From positions 1-34,178 of the IMG/VR virus record IMGVR_UViG_3300044724_000572: a stretch of DNA of 34,178 nt, one strand, 5' to 3'. The translations under genes and the position numbers were made by a program. The notes beneath the pieces were generated by a model that worked only from the letters and a program-made list of their open reading frames with translations, was not told the origin of the DNA and made no database searches. Of the stretch, positions 23,244-32,029 are shown one piece after another (positions within the stretch are counted from its first letter, which is position 1; each line of letters opens with the position of its first letter). The stretch is from a virus (taxonomy: Duplodnaviria > Caudoviricetes).

Positions 23244-25324
23244 TGCTGCGGCATCCCTTGAGCCATGCCGCCGATCATGCGGGCTTTGTCTTGCTCAGCT
23301 TGGATGCGGGCCACGTCAACCGACGTGCCGTACTCGCCATAAATCTTGGCGGCGTTTACCAACAAGTCTTGCGCCATCTGATCTCGCTTGAGATCGTCGT
23401 TGGCCGCTGCCTTCTGCATTTCAAGTTGGAGCTTGGCCATGTCGGTCTGAGCCTTGGTTTGGGCCTTCATTTGCTCTGCCTGCAAGAATGCAGCGTTTGG
23501 ATCAGCAGCTTGACCTTGCTGGGCCTGTGCCTGCTGCTGCATTTGCAGCATCTGCATTTCAATCTCTGGTGTGATCGGCGCAAAGTAACGGTCAGCATTT
23601 CGTATTCCCGACACCGCCAGCTGGTCGGCCAGCGTGTTGCGAATGTTGGTCAGGCTCACCAGACCATTCATCGGGCCATAGTTTTGATAGACCATTGTTT
23701 GCATCTGGAGGGCTTGGTTGAGAGCCATTGCCTTCTCTTCCTCACGGCCAGTGCCGAGGCCCACGTTAATGGCAACATCCATTGACTGATTCCAAACGCG
23801 AGGATCAATAGGCACAAACATGCCATTCATCCGCATCATTTGCTCTTCGTCAACATTCTTGCTCATCAAGCGCAGCATGATGCCAAATAGATCACGCATA
23901 CCATCGGCAAGGTTGCGAACCATAACTTCAACCTGACCAGCTGCGGCCTGCACAGTAGCCTGCACAGCGGCCTTTGTAGTTGACTGCATTGCATCAGGGT
24001 CTAAGCCCATTGATGCTCTGGAAACGCCTGTCTTGCTCTCTACGAGGCCGTCTAGGTATGTCAGCGCGCCAAGTGTCTGCCCGGCAGTAAATGGAACGGA
24101 CAATTCTTGGACTGAGCCGGGCGCGCGCATACGCACAATTGCGCCGATCTCGTTGTTGAGAACGTCGTCAATATTGACCGCACCTTCGACAATGCCAAGG
24201 CGAGGGTTGTTCGTCATCGCCACGTTATCAAGAATAGAGCGCAGAACGGAGGTTGCTGCGTCTTGGTCATCCATAACAATCTCGGCCAGTGAGCGGCCAT
24301 AGAACGCGTGTGGCTCTGGATCGACCTCAAACTTGGCAAACGGCAACTCATCGCATGGCTCAAAGTCCAGCAATTCGTATGACGTGCCGCCACAGATTAA
24401 TTTGTGCAAAACTGGTATGCCAGTGCCGTCAACGTCAATGCGCATATACGCTTCAGTCACGGCAACATTGCGCATGGATGGGTCTTCAATGTCCTCGTCT
24501 GAGGTGTCCATGTCGTAACCACGGCGCTCATACATCTCGGCCTCTGTCATATCAGAGCCGCTTTCAAAGCTATCCAAGTCAAGCACTACGTCTGGGTCAA
24601 AGCCCATTGCAATCAAATCGCCAGCGCGCATGTCGGTGCGATGAGCAACGATATAAGCGTCGGCCAATGAGCGTGCGTCACGGTTAATGAAAAACTCTTC
24701 CGGCGGAACGCTCTCAATGCACAGCTCGCCCATATCTTTCTGGCGGCTTAGCTTAACGCTGTGGACTGGCATTTCGATTTCTATACCCATTGGATCAATC
24801 TCAATGGACATTTCAACCGTATGCTCCAGCACAGTCACGCTGTCGTCTTCAATTAGATATGTGTATTCGTCGTCGGACAGGTCAGAAAACGTGTAAATCT
24901 CGGCCTCTGGATATGTCATCCAGTATGCCTTCACGATGCCTTGTTTTTTGACCAGCGCATCTTGGAAGGCGTCATTCAGCACGCGGTATCCGTTTAACCG
25001 GGTAAACTCATGGTGCATGAACTCAGTGGCCTGCTCAGCCATTGCCACGTCCTCTGGGCCGCGTGGCACAAACTCAACTGGCTTGGCTGTGCTGAGGAAT
25101 ATGCGCATCAGGCTTGGCTTCACAGAACGTACAGTATCTCGTACTTTTGTGGCGACTACCTTGCTTCGGCCATCCTCATAGCCAAGGTCAACCTCACCGT
25201 CATAGTAGCGCTGCGCCTTGATGCGGTCCTCGCTGATTTCGCCCTCAACAAAGTCAACCGCATCCGATATTGCGTCTTGCACAATGCCTTCGATTTCGCT
25301 GCGTGATTTTGGTTTAAGTTCCAT
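23240..25324 (-). CDS. Portal protein (P22-like)
   Basis: R.KA.RYY.GE, GRSKVV...VRDTV, F.P.GPEDV..AEQAT, DAL..K.GIVK, P.PH.FYG.S, V.VGLG.G; Gln-rich barrel. Confidence 0.95.
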   Translation of the reverse strand: MELKPKSRSEIEGIVQDAISDAVDFVEGEISEDRIKAQRYYDGEVDLGYEDGRSKVVATKVRDTVRSVKPSLMRIFLSTAKPVEFVPRGPEDVAMAEQATEFMHHEFTRLNGYRVLNDAFQDALVKKQGIVKAYWMTYPEAEIYTFSDLSDDEYTYLIEDDSVTVLEHTVEMSIEIDPMGIEIEMPVHSVKLSRQKDMGELCIESVPPEEFFINRDARSLADAYIVAHRTDMRAGDLIAMGFDPDVVLDLDSFESGSDMTEAEMYERRGYDMDTSDEDIEDPSMRNVAVTEAYMRIDVDGTGIPVLHKLICGGTSYELLDFEPCDELPFAKFEVDPEPHAFYGRSLAEIVMDDQDAATSVLRSILDNVAMTNNPRLGIVEGAVNIDDVLNNEIGAIVRMRAPGSVQELSVPFTAGQTLGALTYLDGLVESKTGVSRASMGLDPDAMQSTTKAAVQATVQAAAGQVEVMVRNLADGMRDLFGIMLRLMSKNVDEEQMMRMNGMFVPIDPRVWNQSMDVAINVGLGTGREEEKAMALNQALQMQTMVYQNYGPMNGLVSLTNIRNTLADQLAVSGIRNADRYFAPITPEIEMQMLQMQQQAQAQQGQAADPNAAFLQAEQMKAQTKAQTDMAKLQLEMQKAAANDDLKRDQMAQDLLVNAAKIYGEYGTSVDVARIQAEQDKARMIGGMAQGMPQQ

Positions 25325-25337
25325 GTGCCGCTGCCCT

Positions 25338-27284
25338 TTATTCGTTTGTGATTGCTGGCGTGGATGCCATCAAGCCAACCTGTGTCAACATATCTGCAAG
25401 CCTTTGCAGCTTTGTTTTGTCTTGCAGGCGTGAAGCCTCACCCAAAAGTTGGCGCACCACTGCGTCGCGCTCTGCACCTTGCAAGGTAAGTATCTCGCCA
25501 ATTTCACGGCGAATGTCACCAGTGCCATACATGATTTCATCCATGATCTTGTTGACCGGGGCAGCTATGGCAGCCTTAACGCGCTGACCAACGCTCGGAG
25601 CATTGAAGCTCTCAGGGTCACGAAGGTCACGCAATGCAGCCTGCGCCTCTGTGCGGAACCCGGTCTGCGACCCAGCCAGCACGTCAGATGAAGTCTTGGC
25701 AAACTCTTTTTCAGCGAGCAAGCGCTGAGTGATGGCTGCTGCGCTTTCATCTCCAACAAGCATTTTAAGTTTTTCAGCGTTCCAGCTTTTGCCAAACTCA
25801 CCCCAAGCGGCGGCTGCATCGTTGCGAGACGTACCCATGAGAGAGCCAATGTAGTCCCGTGCGCCCTTCTGGAAGGCAGCTCGCTCCATGTCAGACATGC
25901 CTGCGAGCTTTGCTTCCAATTCACGCGGAGACAATGCAGATGTCTTTCCGCCAGTGAATACCTTTTCACCCTCTTCAACAGCACGTTGAATAGCAGATGC
26001 CTCAGAGTAGCCTGATCGAGCCGCTGCATAACTTGGCAGCTCATCCAACTTATCGTCAATTTTGTGCAGGAATGGCTTGAGGTTTACAGCAACGCTTCCA
26101 CGTTCTGTGTTTATAACGTCGCTCAAAGCTGATCGGACGTTATGCAGCTTTTCAGCGCTAACGTCGCCTTTTGTGCCTAAGTCTTTTAGCACAGCATTCA
26201 TTTGAGAACGAACTGAGCGGGAAGCATCTTTACCATACAGGACCAATGCGCTGCGCAATGTGTTTACGTCAAACATTTTGTCGCTTTGAGTGGCAGCCTC
26301 ATACATTGGGCCAAGCACGCCAGACTTGCGCTCTTGCTGAGCCAAAGTTTCCTGAAAGCCAACATTGGGTTGGTCAATACGCTGCGTCATCACATCCTCA
26401 ACCCGCTGACCTGCGCCCGCGCCGCGAGCGCCCATCTCACGGGTCAGAACTTCTTGACCTTGACCGGGTATGGTTGCCAAGCCTTGAGCCATCGTGCGGG
26501 GGCGGCCCGGTATGTCGGCCAGCATAGCTTCCGGCCCGAGGCTGCTGAGGTATGACTGAATGTCTTGACCAGTTGCTTGTGGGCCAGAGAGCTGGCCGGC
26601 CACCCTGCGTGATGCAGCGCCGCTGTAGCCGCCCACACCGCGTCGGGTTAAGTTCTGCGCGCCGCGTGTAGCTGCGCCAGCTACTCGACCAGCTACAGGT
26701 GAAACTGCGCCTATTGTGCCGCCGACCGCTGTGGTCAGTGGGTCAATTTCTGAAACTCTTTCAGTGAAGCCGCCTTCGCCGCCGCCAAATTGCGGCAGAG
26801 CTGTGGCAGTAGCGCCGACGCCGCCAGACGTGGCTATCTGACCCAGCACGGGTAATTTCGACCCAGCCTTGAAAGCCACGCCGCCGGGAGCGACCATACC
26901 TGTAACCGCTCCAGCAGTCTGCCCGCTGGCATATTGCTCCGGCGCAAGAAGCTGCAATGCTTCGTCAATCTGGCGTTGAAGGTCGCGATACTTCGCGTAA
27001 GCCGCCTTTGCGCCCTCCATGTCGCCTGACTTCAAAAGCTCATTGGCGAAGTTGTAAGCGCCGCGAGCTTCGTCGTTTAGGTTCATCAGTGCGCCAGCTG
27101 TAAAGCCGCCGTATGTGGCGCGAGTTTCAAGCTCGGCTTGCTTGGCTGGCTTCCGCTTTTCTCGGGCGCGATCTAAGGCGGCCTGCTCACTCGCTGTGAT
27201 TGTACCGTCAGCCTCTAGTTTCTCCAAAACCTTGATGGCTTGAAGAATTTGTGAGGACTCCGCCGATGTCATTGTCTCTGCCAT
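25338..27284 (-). CDS. Internal virion/DNA ejection protein (648 aa)
   Basis: Ala/Gly-rich N-terminal half, helical C-terminus, GSQT motif; last gene of the ejection cluster. Confidence 0.75.
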   Translation of the reverse strand: MAETMTSAESSQILQAIKVLEKLEADGTITASEQAALDRAREKRKPAKQAELETRATYGGFTAGALMNLNDEARGAYNFANELLKSGDMEGAKAAYAKYRDLQRQIDEALQLLAPEQYASGQTAGAVTGMVAPGGVAFKAGSKLPVLGQIATSGGVGATATALPQFGGGEGGFTERVSEIDPLTTAVGGTIGAVSPVAGRVAGAATRGAQNLTRRGVGGYSGAASRRVAGQLSGPQATGQDIQSYLSSLGPEAMLADIPGRPRTMAQGLATIPGQGQEVLTREMGARGAGAGQRVEDVMTQRIDQPNVGFQETLAQQERKSGVLGPMYEAATQSDKMFDVNTLRSALVLYGKDASRSVRSQMNAVLKDLGTKGDVSAEKLHNVRSALSDVINTERGSVAVNLKPFLHKIDDKLDELPSYAAARSGYSEASAIQRAVEEGEKVFTGGKTSALSPRELEAKLAGMSDMERAAFQKGARDYIGSLMGTSRNDAAAAWGEFGKSWNAEKLKMLVGDESAAAITQRLLAEKEFAKTSSDVLAGSQTGFRTEAQAALRDLRDPESFNAPSVGQRVKAAIAAPVNKIMDEIMYGTGDIRREIGEILTLQGAERDAVVRQLLGEASRLQDKTKLQRLADMLTQVGLMASTPAITNE

Positions 27285-27294
27285 GATTGGCTCC

Positions 27295-28890
27295 TTATCC
27301 GCCCAGAATGTCTAAAGCATCTTGGCGAGTTAAGCCGCCAGTGGGTGCTGGCCCAGTTGGGGCTTTGAAGGCTGCAAACGGGTCTGCGCGACTGTTTAGA
27401 AGCTCAAATGCGTCCGCTTGCGTTATTTCCTTTCTACGCAACCTCTGCACAATTCTAGCACCCTCTGCATCATACTCGGCAAGCCCGCGCATAGTGTTGA
27501 TAATAATTTGGTTGCCGCCGGGCGAGTTGATTATGCGAGGCAGAGACTGCTTGAACAGCTCTAAGTCTGCGTCGGACATTGGGCCAGACCCCGGAGGCCG
27601 TTGCGCAGGCACGAGGGCGTTTATTAGCGCTGACGCCGCTTGGATGTCATCAAGACCCTCAGTCTGGATGCCGAAATTACCTGCAAATTGCTTAATGCTT
27701 GCGCCCATGCCGCTGTCAATGTTCCCTAGTAAGGCCTCAAGGCGACCAATTTGCGCAAGGCTTCTTGAAGCCGTCGCGCCGACCTTTGCGACATCAGCCA
27801 AGGATTGTGCGTCAAGTTTTCCAAATTCCTTGTCAAATGCCTCTGCACCTTCGCCGCCAACAGTCACGCTAGTAGCTCCAGCCTTCTGAAGTGCAGTCTT
27901 ATATTCTAAGAATGTCCCCTTAAAGCCATCTTTGACGGCTTGCTGGTATTCCTTAATCCCAGCAGTCCTGTCATCCTTCGGCGTAGCCAACAACTGGCTA
28001 GCCGCATCAGTCGGGGAAATCATCCCGCGCTCAACCATGTCAGCCAAGTCATCGCGACCTCTAGCCCGCAGCATCTCAACGGTTTTATTTTTCCGGTCCG
28101 CCGCAACTCGCTGCGCACCCTGCTTTTCAATCGCTGCGCCTGCGCCGCGAAGCTCTGGCATAATCAGCGGATCAAGCGCACGGGCAAACCGCTGATAACC
28201 TGTCAGCCCGGTGTTCGGATCAACGGCTGTAGCCTTATCCTTCAAAGTTGACAGAAGTCCACGCATACCACCTTGCTGTGGCGCTGGTTGCCGCATGTTG
28301 GGCGCGTTGTAGGTTTGCTCGCCGCCCATCATGTATGGAGGCTTATTAGAAATGGCCATGTCTTGACCCCCTTGATTGCTTGAAAGTAAACCGCCGCTGG
28401 CAGTGGTCGCCGGCAGAGATGTAATGTCCGACACGTCAACGCCCGCAAAGTTTGCAAGATCATTCATCCGGCTGCCCCGCCACTGTGCAATGCCGTATGT
28501 ACCCTGACCGCCTGCAAGAGTGTTGCGTGCGTCTGGGTTCATATCCTCATAGCTCTCAGCCATCAGGCGGCCAGTGACGCCGGCGGCTTGCTGCGGAGTG
28601 AGACCCTTTTGCGTGAGGTAGCCATAAGCAAACTTGGCGTTTGGCGATATTAAAGCCTCGTTGGATGTGCCATCGGCCATTGCTGCGTAAACGCTGCTCG
28701 CGTAGTTGCGAGCCTTTTCGTCACCAGCGCCGCCGGAGCGCTCATAGTATTTATCCCATAGCGTTGCATAGTCTTCTGGCGAAGACGCATTGGCCGAAAG
28801 AAACTTGCCGAAGCCAGATTTCTCTTTGCCTTGAACTTCATTCCAGAGGAAGTCCATTTGCGTTGACAGTGGGATAAAACCTTGTGGCAT
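27295..28890 (-). CDS. Ejection protein with N-terminal circularly permuted phage tail lysozyme domain
   Basis: aa 8-68 match the usual C-half (TQMDFLWNE...YERS) and aa 84-150 the usual N-half (AAG..G.LMAES...YGIAQWRGSR). C-terminal GSGPMSDADL motif. Confidence 0.85.
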   Translation of the reverse strand: MPQGFIPLSTQMDFLWNEVQGKEKSGFGKFLSANASSPEDYATLWDKYYERSGGAGDEKARNYASSVYAAMADGTSNEALISPNAKFAYGYLTQKGLTPQQAAGVTGRLMAESYEDMNPDARNTLAGGQGTYGIAQWRGSRMNDLANFAGVDVSDITSLPATTASGGLLSSNQGGQDMAISNKPPYMMGGEQTYNAPNMRQPAPQQGGMRGLLSTLKDKATAVDPNTGLTGYQRFARALDPLIMPELRGAGAAIEKQGAQRVAADRKNKTVEMLRARGRDDLADMVERGMISPTDAASQLLATPKDDRTAGIKEYQQAVKDGFKGTFLEYKTALQKAGATSVTVGGEGAEAFDKEFGKLDAQSLADVAKVGATASRSLAQIGRLEALLGNIDSGMGASIKQFAGNFGIQTEGLDDIQAASALINALVPAQRPPGSGPMSDADLELFKQSLPRIINSPGGNQIIINTMRGLAEYDAEGARIVQRLRRKEITQADAFELLNSRADPFAAFKAPTGPAPTGGLTRQDALDILGG

Positions 28891-28893
28891 AGC

Positions 28894-29616
28894 TTAAAAC
28901 AACCCCGGAATTTGAAGGTAGCTGAACAAGCCGGGGCTTGCGCTGCTCGTTGTTGTGCTTTGGCCACCTTGTTGAGCCGCACCCAACGCGGCAAGTGGCG
29001 CTGACAGGGATTGCATTGGCGATGCGGTGTAGCCAGCGTACTGCCCTTTTGCTGCATCAATCAGCGCTTGCTGCATACCTTGCTGCAACAGACCCTGCTG
29101 GAGCTGGTTTTGCTGAATTGTTTGACCTGTCTGGAACGCTTGCTGGCCCAAGCCGCCTAGCTGGGATGCTGCGCCAAGTCGAGCCTGACGGTCAGCCATC
29201 GCAGCCTGCAACGCTTGGCTGTAGTTTTGCTGACGCTGCTGTGCTGCCATATCGCCTGCCATCCGGCCATACTCGCCAGCCATAACACCTTCGGCAACGC
29301 CCTGACGTGAGCCGCCAAACGCGCCTGCCGCTGTGGCCTGCGCGCCAAGCTGGTTCATGGCCATTTGACGTTGACGCTCAATGTCCTGCTGAGTGCGGTC
29401 AATAACTGCGCTTGTGTACGGGTTTGCGTACGCGCCAACTTGCAGTGGAGCCTGCATGGCACGCTGAGTACCGCCGATTGCGCCTTGCAACGCCCCCGCC
29501 GAGGCTTGGTTTACGTTGAAGCCTTGCTGCGGGGCCATTGGTGCTGGCTGATATGTTGCGTTAGTCTGCGCAGTAGGCTGCGCGGCCATTGTCGGTGCTG
29601 GTGCTGGTGCGCCCAT
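28894..29616 (-). CDS. Gln/Ala/Gly-rich ejection (pilot-like) protein
   Basis: Y.NPYT..VID, A..AGAFGGSRQGVAE motifs. Confidence 0.8.
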   Translation of the reverse strand: MGAPAPAPTMAAQPTAQTNATYQPAPMAPQQGFNVNQASAGALQGAIGGTQRAMQAPLQVGAYANPYTSAVIDRTQQDIERQRQMAMNQLGAQATAAGAFGGSRQGVAEGVMAGEYGRMAGDMAAQQRQQNYSQALQAAMADRQARLGAASQLGGLGQQAFQTGQTIQQNQLQQGLLQQGMQQALIDAAKGQYAGYTASPMQSLSAPLAALGAAQQGGQSTTTSSASPGLFSYLQIPGLF

Positions 29617-29643
29617 CTTACAGGCCTTTCTTTGCTTGAGTTA

Positions 29644-31020
29644 TCAGTTTCTTATGACCTGCGGAGGTGGTGGTGGTGTGCGCGATGCTTCTTTTGCTGC
29701 CTGCGCTTTGGCAAGCATTTCTCTTGCCGTTTCAGCGCCCTTGGGGTTGCCGATTAAGACCCCATCCAAATAAACCTCACGACGGTCGTCTTTGTAGACA
29801 ATCCCAGTACCACCCCTCGCCAACTGTGCTGCTCTTATCGTTGGCGCATCAAAATTGGCGCTCTCAGAATTTGTATAAGCAGAAAACTTTTCAGGCGTGT
29901 CGAGTGCTGACGCTAGCCTTTGAAGTTCTGATTGACGTGCAGCCGCTTCCGCACGCTGTGAGGCATTGCTTTCGTTGCTTGTTGCGTGGGAGTATGAAGT
30001 AACTTTATTCTCCACTGGTGGACCCGTTACGTTCAATCCGCCAAGAAGCCCTCCAAAGAAATCGCCTACTTTGCCAAAATTACCCACCCCGTCAGCACCG
30101 CCGCCGGATACCAGTCCGGCAATTGGGCCAGATGTAACGTCAGGGCCAGCACCACCAAACGGGTCTAGGCTAGTTGCTGCGTAATCAAGCTGCTCCTGAG
30201 TTGGCTGGGCTGCATATGTAGGCTGACCCGGCACAATAGTTCCACGGCCACCCGCTACAGATGGGCCAAGATCATAACCAAGGTTGGTTGATGTTCCATC
30301 ACTTGAGTGCATTACCGCCGGGCCACCCGGTAGCATCGGGCTTGAGTCGTAATACTGTCGCTGCTCGGGGAAAGTTGACGGAGTGTTGTCAATATAACCG
30401 GGCGGGCGAACATCTGTAGGGGTAACTATTGTGTACGGAACTTCGTTGCCTGCAAAATCGGTTGACGTGTAAACAATTCCGTCTGTTGGGGCAGTAGGGG
30501 TTCCTGTAATGGTCTCTGGGAGATACACACCTCCACCGTCACCACCACCGCCAACAGAACCACCGCCTAAGTCGCCGGGTGTGCGGGTGTCAGTGTAGTC
30601 AACCATTGGGCCAACATTTGCCCCGGGAACGCCTGAGTATGGGTCAATAAACAAGCTATCAATAAGCGCCCTCTGACCCGGACGGCGCGTAGCAAGCTCA
30701 TCCATAGCTTGCTCATACATTGGCGCAGAAGAGTAACCACGAACCCCGCCTGCATATGTAGTTGGCGCAGGCATCCCGCCCATAATGTCTTGCTGGGACA
30801 TGCCGCCGCCAGCTAAACCAAAAGCGCCAGCAGTGCCAGCCGTGTTTTGGAATGCAGCCTCTTGCATTGGAGTAAACGCAGCAACGTCTGGACCGTAATA
30901 CGGAACATAACCAATCTGAGAGATTGTGTCCGCACGGGCTAGATTGCGCTTTGCCGCGTCCTCAATGTATTGAGGAATTTCAACCGTTGAGGATGTTGAT
31001 CCACCTTTTCCGCCTGACAT
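29644..31020 (-). CDS. Gly/Pro-rich ejection-cluster protein (458 aa)
   Basis: MSGGKGGSTSSTVEIP.Y, PYYGP.VAAFTP.Q N-terminus; low-complexity remainder. Confidence 0.75.
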   Translation of the reverse strand: MSGGKGGSTSSTVEIPQYIEDAAKRNLARADTISQIGYVPYYGPDVAAFTPMQEAAFQNTAGTAGAFGLAGGGMSQQDIMGGMPAPTTYAGGVRGYSSAPMYEQAMDELATRRPGQRALIDSLFIDPYSGVPGANVGPMVDYTDTRTPGDLGGGSVGGGGDGGGVYLPETITGTPTAPTDGIVYTSTDFAGNEVPYTIVTPTDVRPPGYIDNTPSTFPEQRQYYDSSPMLPGGPAVMHSSDGTSTNLGYDLGPSVAGGRGTIVPGQPTYAAQPTQEQLDYAATSLDPFGGAGPDVTSGPIAGLVSGGGADGVGNFGKVGDFFGGLLGGLNVTGPPVENKVTSYSHATSNESNASQRAEAAARQSELQRLASALDTPEKFSAYTNSESANFDAPTIRAAQLARGGTGIVYKDDRREVYLDGVLIGNPKGAETAREMLAKAQAAKEASRTPPPPPQVIRN

Positions 31021-31382
31021 TACTCAAACTCCTTAACGTATGAGGCGTGCTGGGCTTCCCAGCCGTGCGCCTTCAATGGTTTCTTCCAGCCAAACCTGCC
31101 GGACATTGTTAGAGCGCTGCAACCTTGAGCCTTGCCCCATTCTATCACATCATCGTGCATATCTAAAATCTGGTCCAGTTCACCGCCACCTAGAAATACG
31201 TTTAACACGCGTTTCTTCGGATATACCACTATTTCAGTGACTATGCACCCCCTTGGCGTAGGCCACAGTTGCAGCGTACCTTTTTGCAAGCCAGCGACCA
31301 CATCATCAAAGCCATGCGTGCCACCGCTGTAGCTTAAAGCTGCCTCGATCCAAGGCTTGCAGCGTGCCAGTTCTTCATTCAT
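31020..31382 (-). CDS. GNAT-fold-like virion morphogenesis protein
   Basis: VTEI..YP.K.VL.VFL.GG.L, WGK..GC..L...GR.GW.K.L...GW; position before the ejection genes. Confidence 0.7.
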   Translation of the reverse strand: MNEELARCKPWIEAALSYSGGTHGFDDVVAGLQKGTLQLWPTPRGCIVTEIVVYPKKRVLNVFLGGGELDQILDMHDDVIEWGKAQGCSALTMSGRFGWKKPLKAHGWEAQHASYVKEFE

Positions 31383-32029
31383 CCGTGCAGCCTCGTTATC
31401 GCAATGGTGGAGGCTGGCGCTGCGGGTGCAAACGCCGTTGCCGCAGTTACATCGAGAAATCCGCTAGTGCTGTCAACAGCCCACATCGCCTCCAAGTAAT
31501 CTCCGGCGGCAAAGTTAAAGATAACAGACCGAGACACAACAAGCGTCGCCCCGTTCTGGTGCAGTGCGTTCTTCATCGTTGACCCAGCAACGTCAACGCC
31601 GTTGACGCGCGGCCAGAACCAGAAGTTTACAGTTGAGCTGGACGTGGACGAAATTTGCGCCGAAAAGCTAATCATATACTCGCCAGACTCTTCGAAGACT
31701 ATGCGAGATGCTGGTGTGCCGTTTGTAATACCCTCGGCAATGCTTGATGTGTACGTCAAAGCGTACGCTGTGTTTGTAGATGCAGCAGTCTGATCCGTTG
31801 TAACGCCGCCAGCATACTGGCCATCCTCAAGCACAATCTGACGCCACTCGCCATTCTTTGAAACCACTGGGTAGCCAAGAGCATTATCCCACAGCATCAC
31901 GCCATTCTCAGACGCCGATGAATACGTTTCCTTAAAGCCAAGCTGATCCAAAGCCCGGCCCAAGTAACGCCGCATATTCTCGGCCCACTGGTTTATATTG
32001 ACCGTAATGGGAGGGAGTATTCGGCTCAT
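31379..32029 (-). CDS. Tail-associated protein with beta-sandwich C-terminus (needle/spike-like)
   Basis: SRIVF..SGEY.I.FSAQ, FW.RVNGVDVAGS, GDYLE.MW; follows the nozzle gene. Confidence 0.7.
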   Translation of the reverse strand: MSRILPPITVNINQWAENMRRYLGRALDQLGFKETYSSASENGVMLWDNALGYPVVSKNGEWRQIVLEDGQYAGGVTTDQTAASTNTAYALTYTSSIAEGITNGTPASRIVFEESGEYMISFSAQISSTSSSTVNFWFWPRVNGVDVAGSTMKNALHQNGATLVVSRSVIFNFAAGDYLEAMWAVDSTSGFLDVTAATAFAPAAPASTIAITRLHG

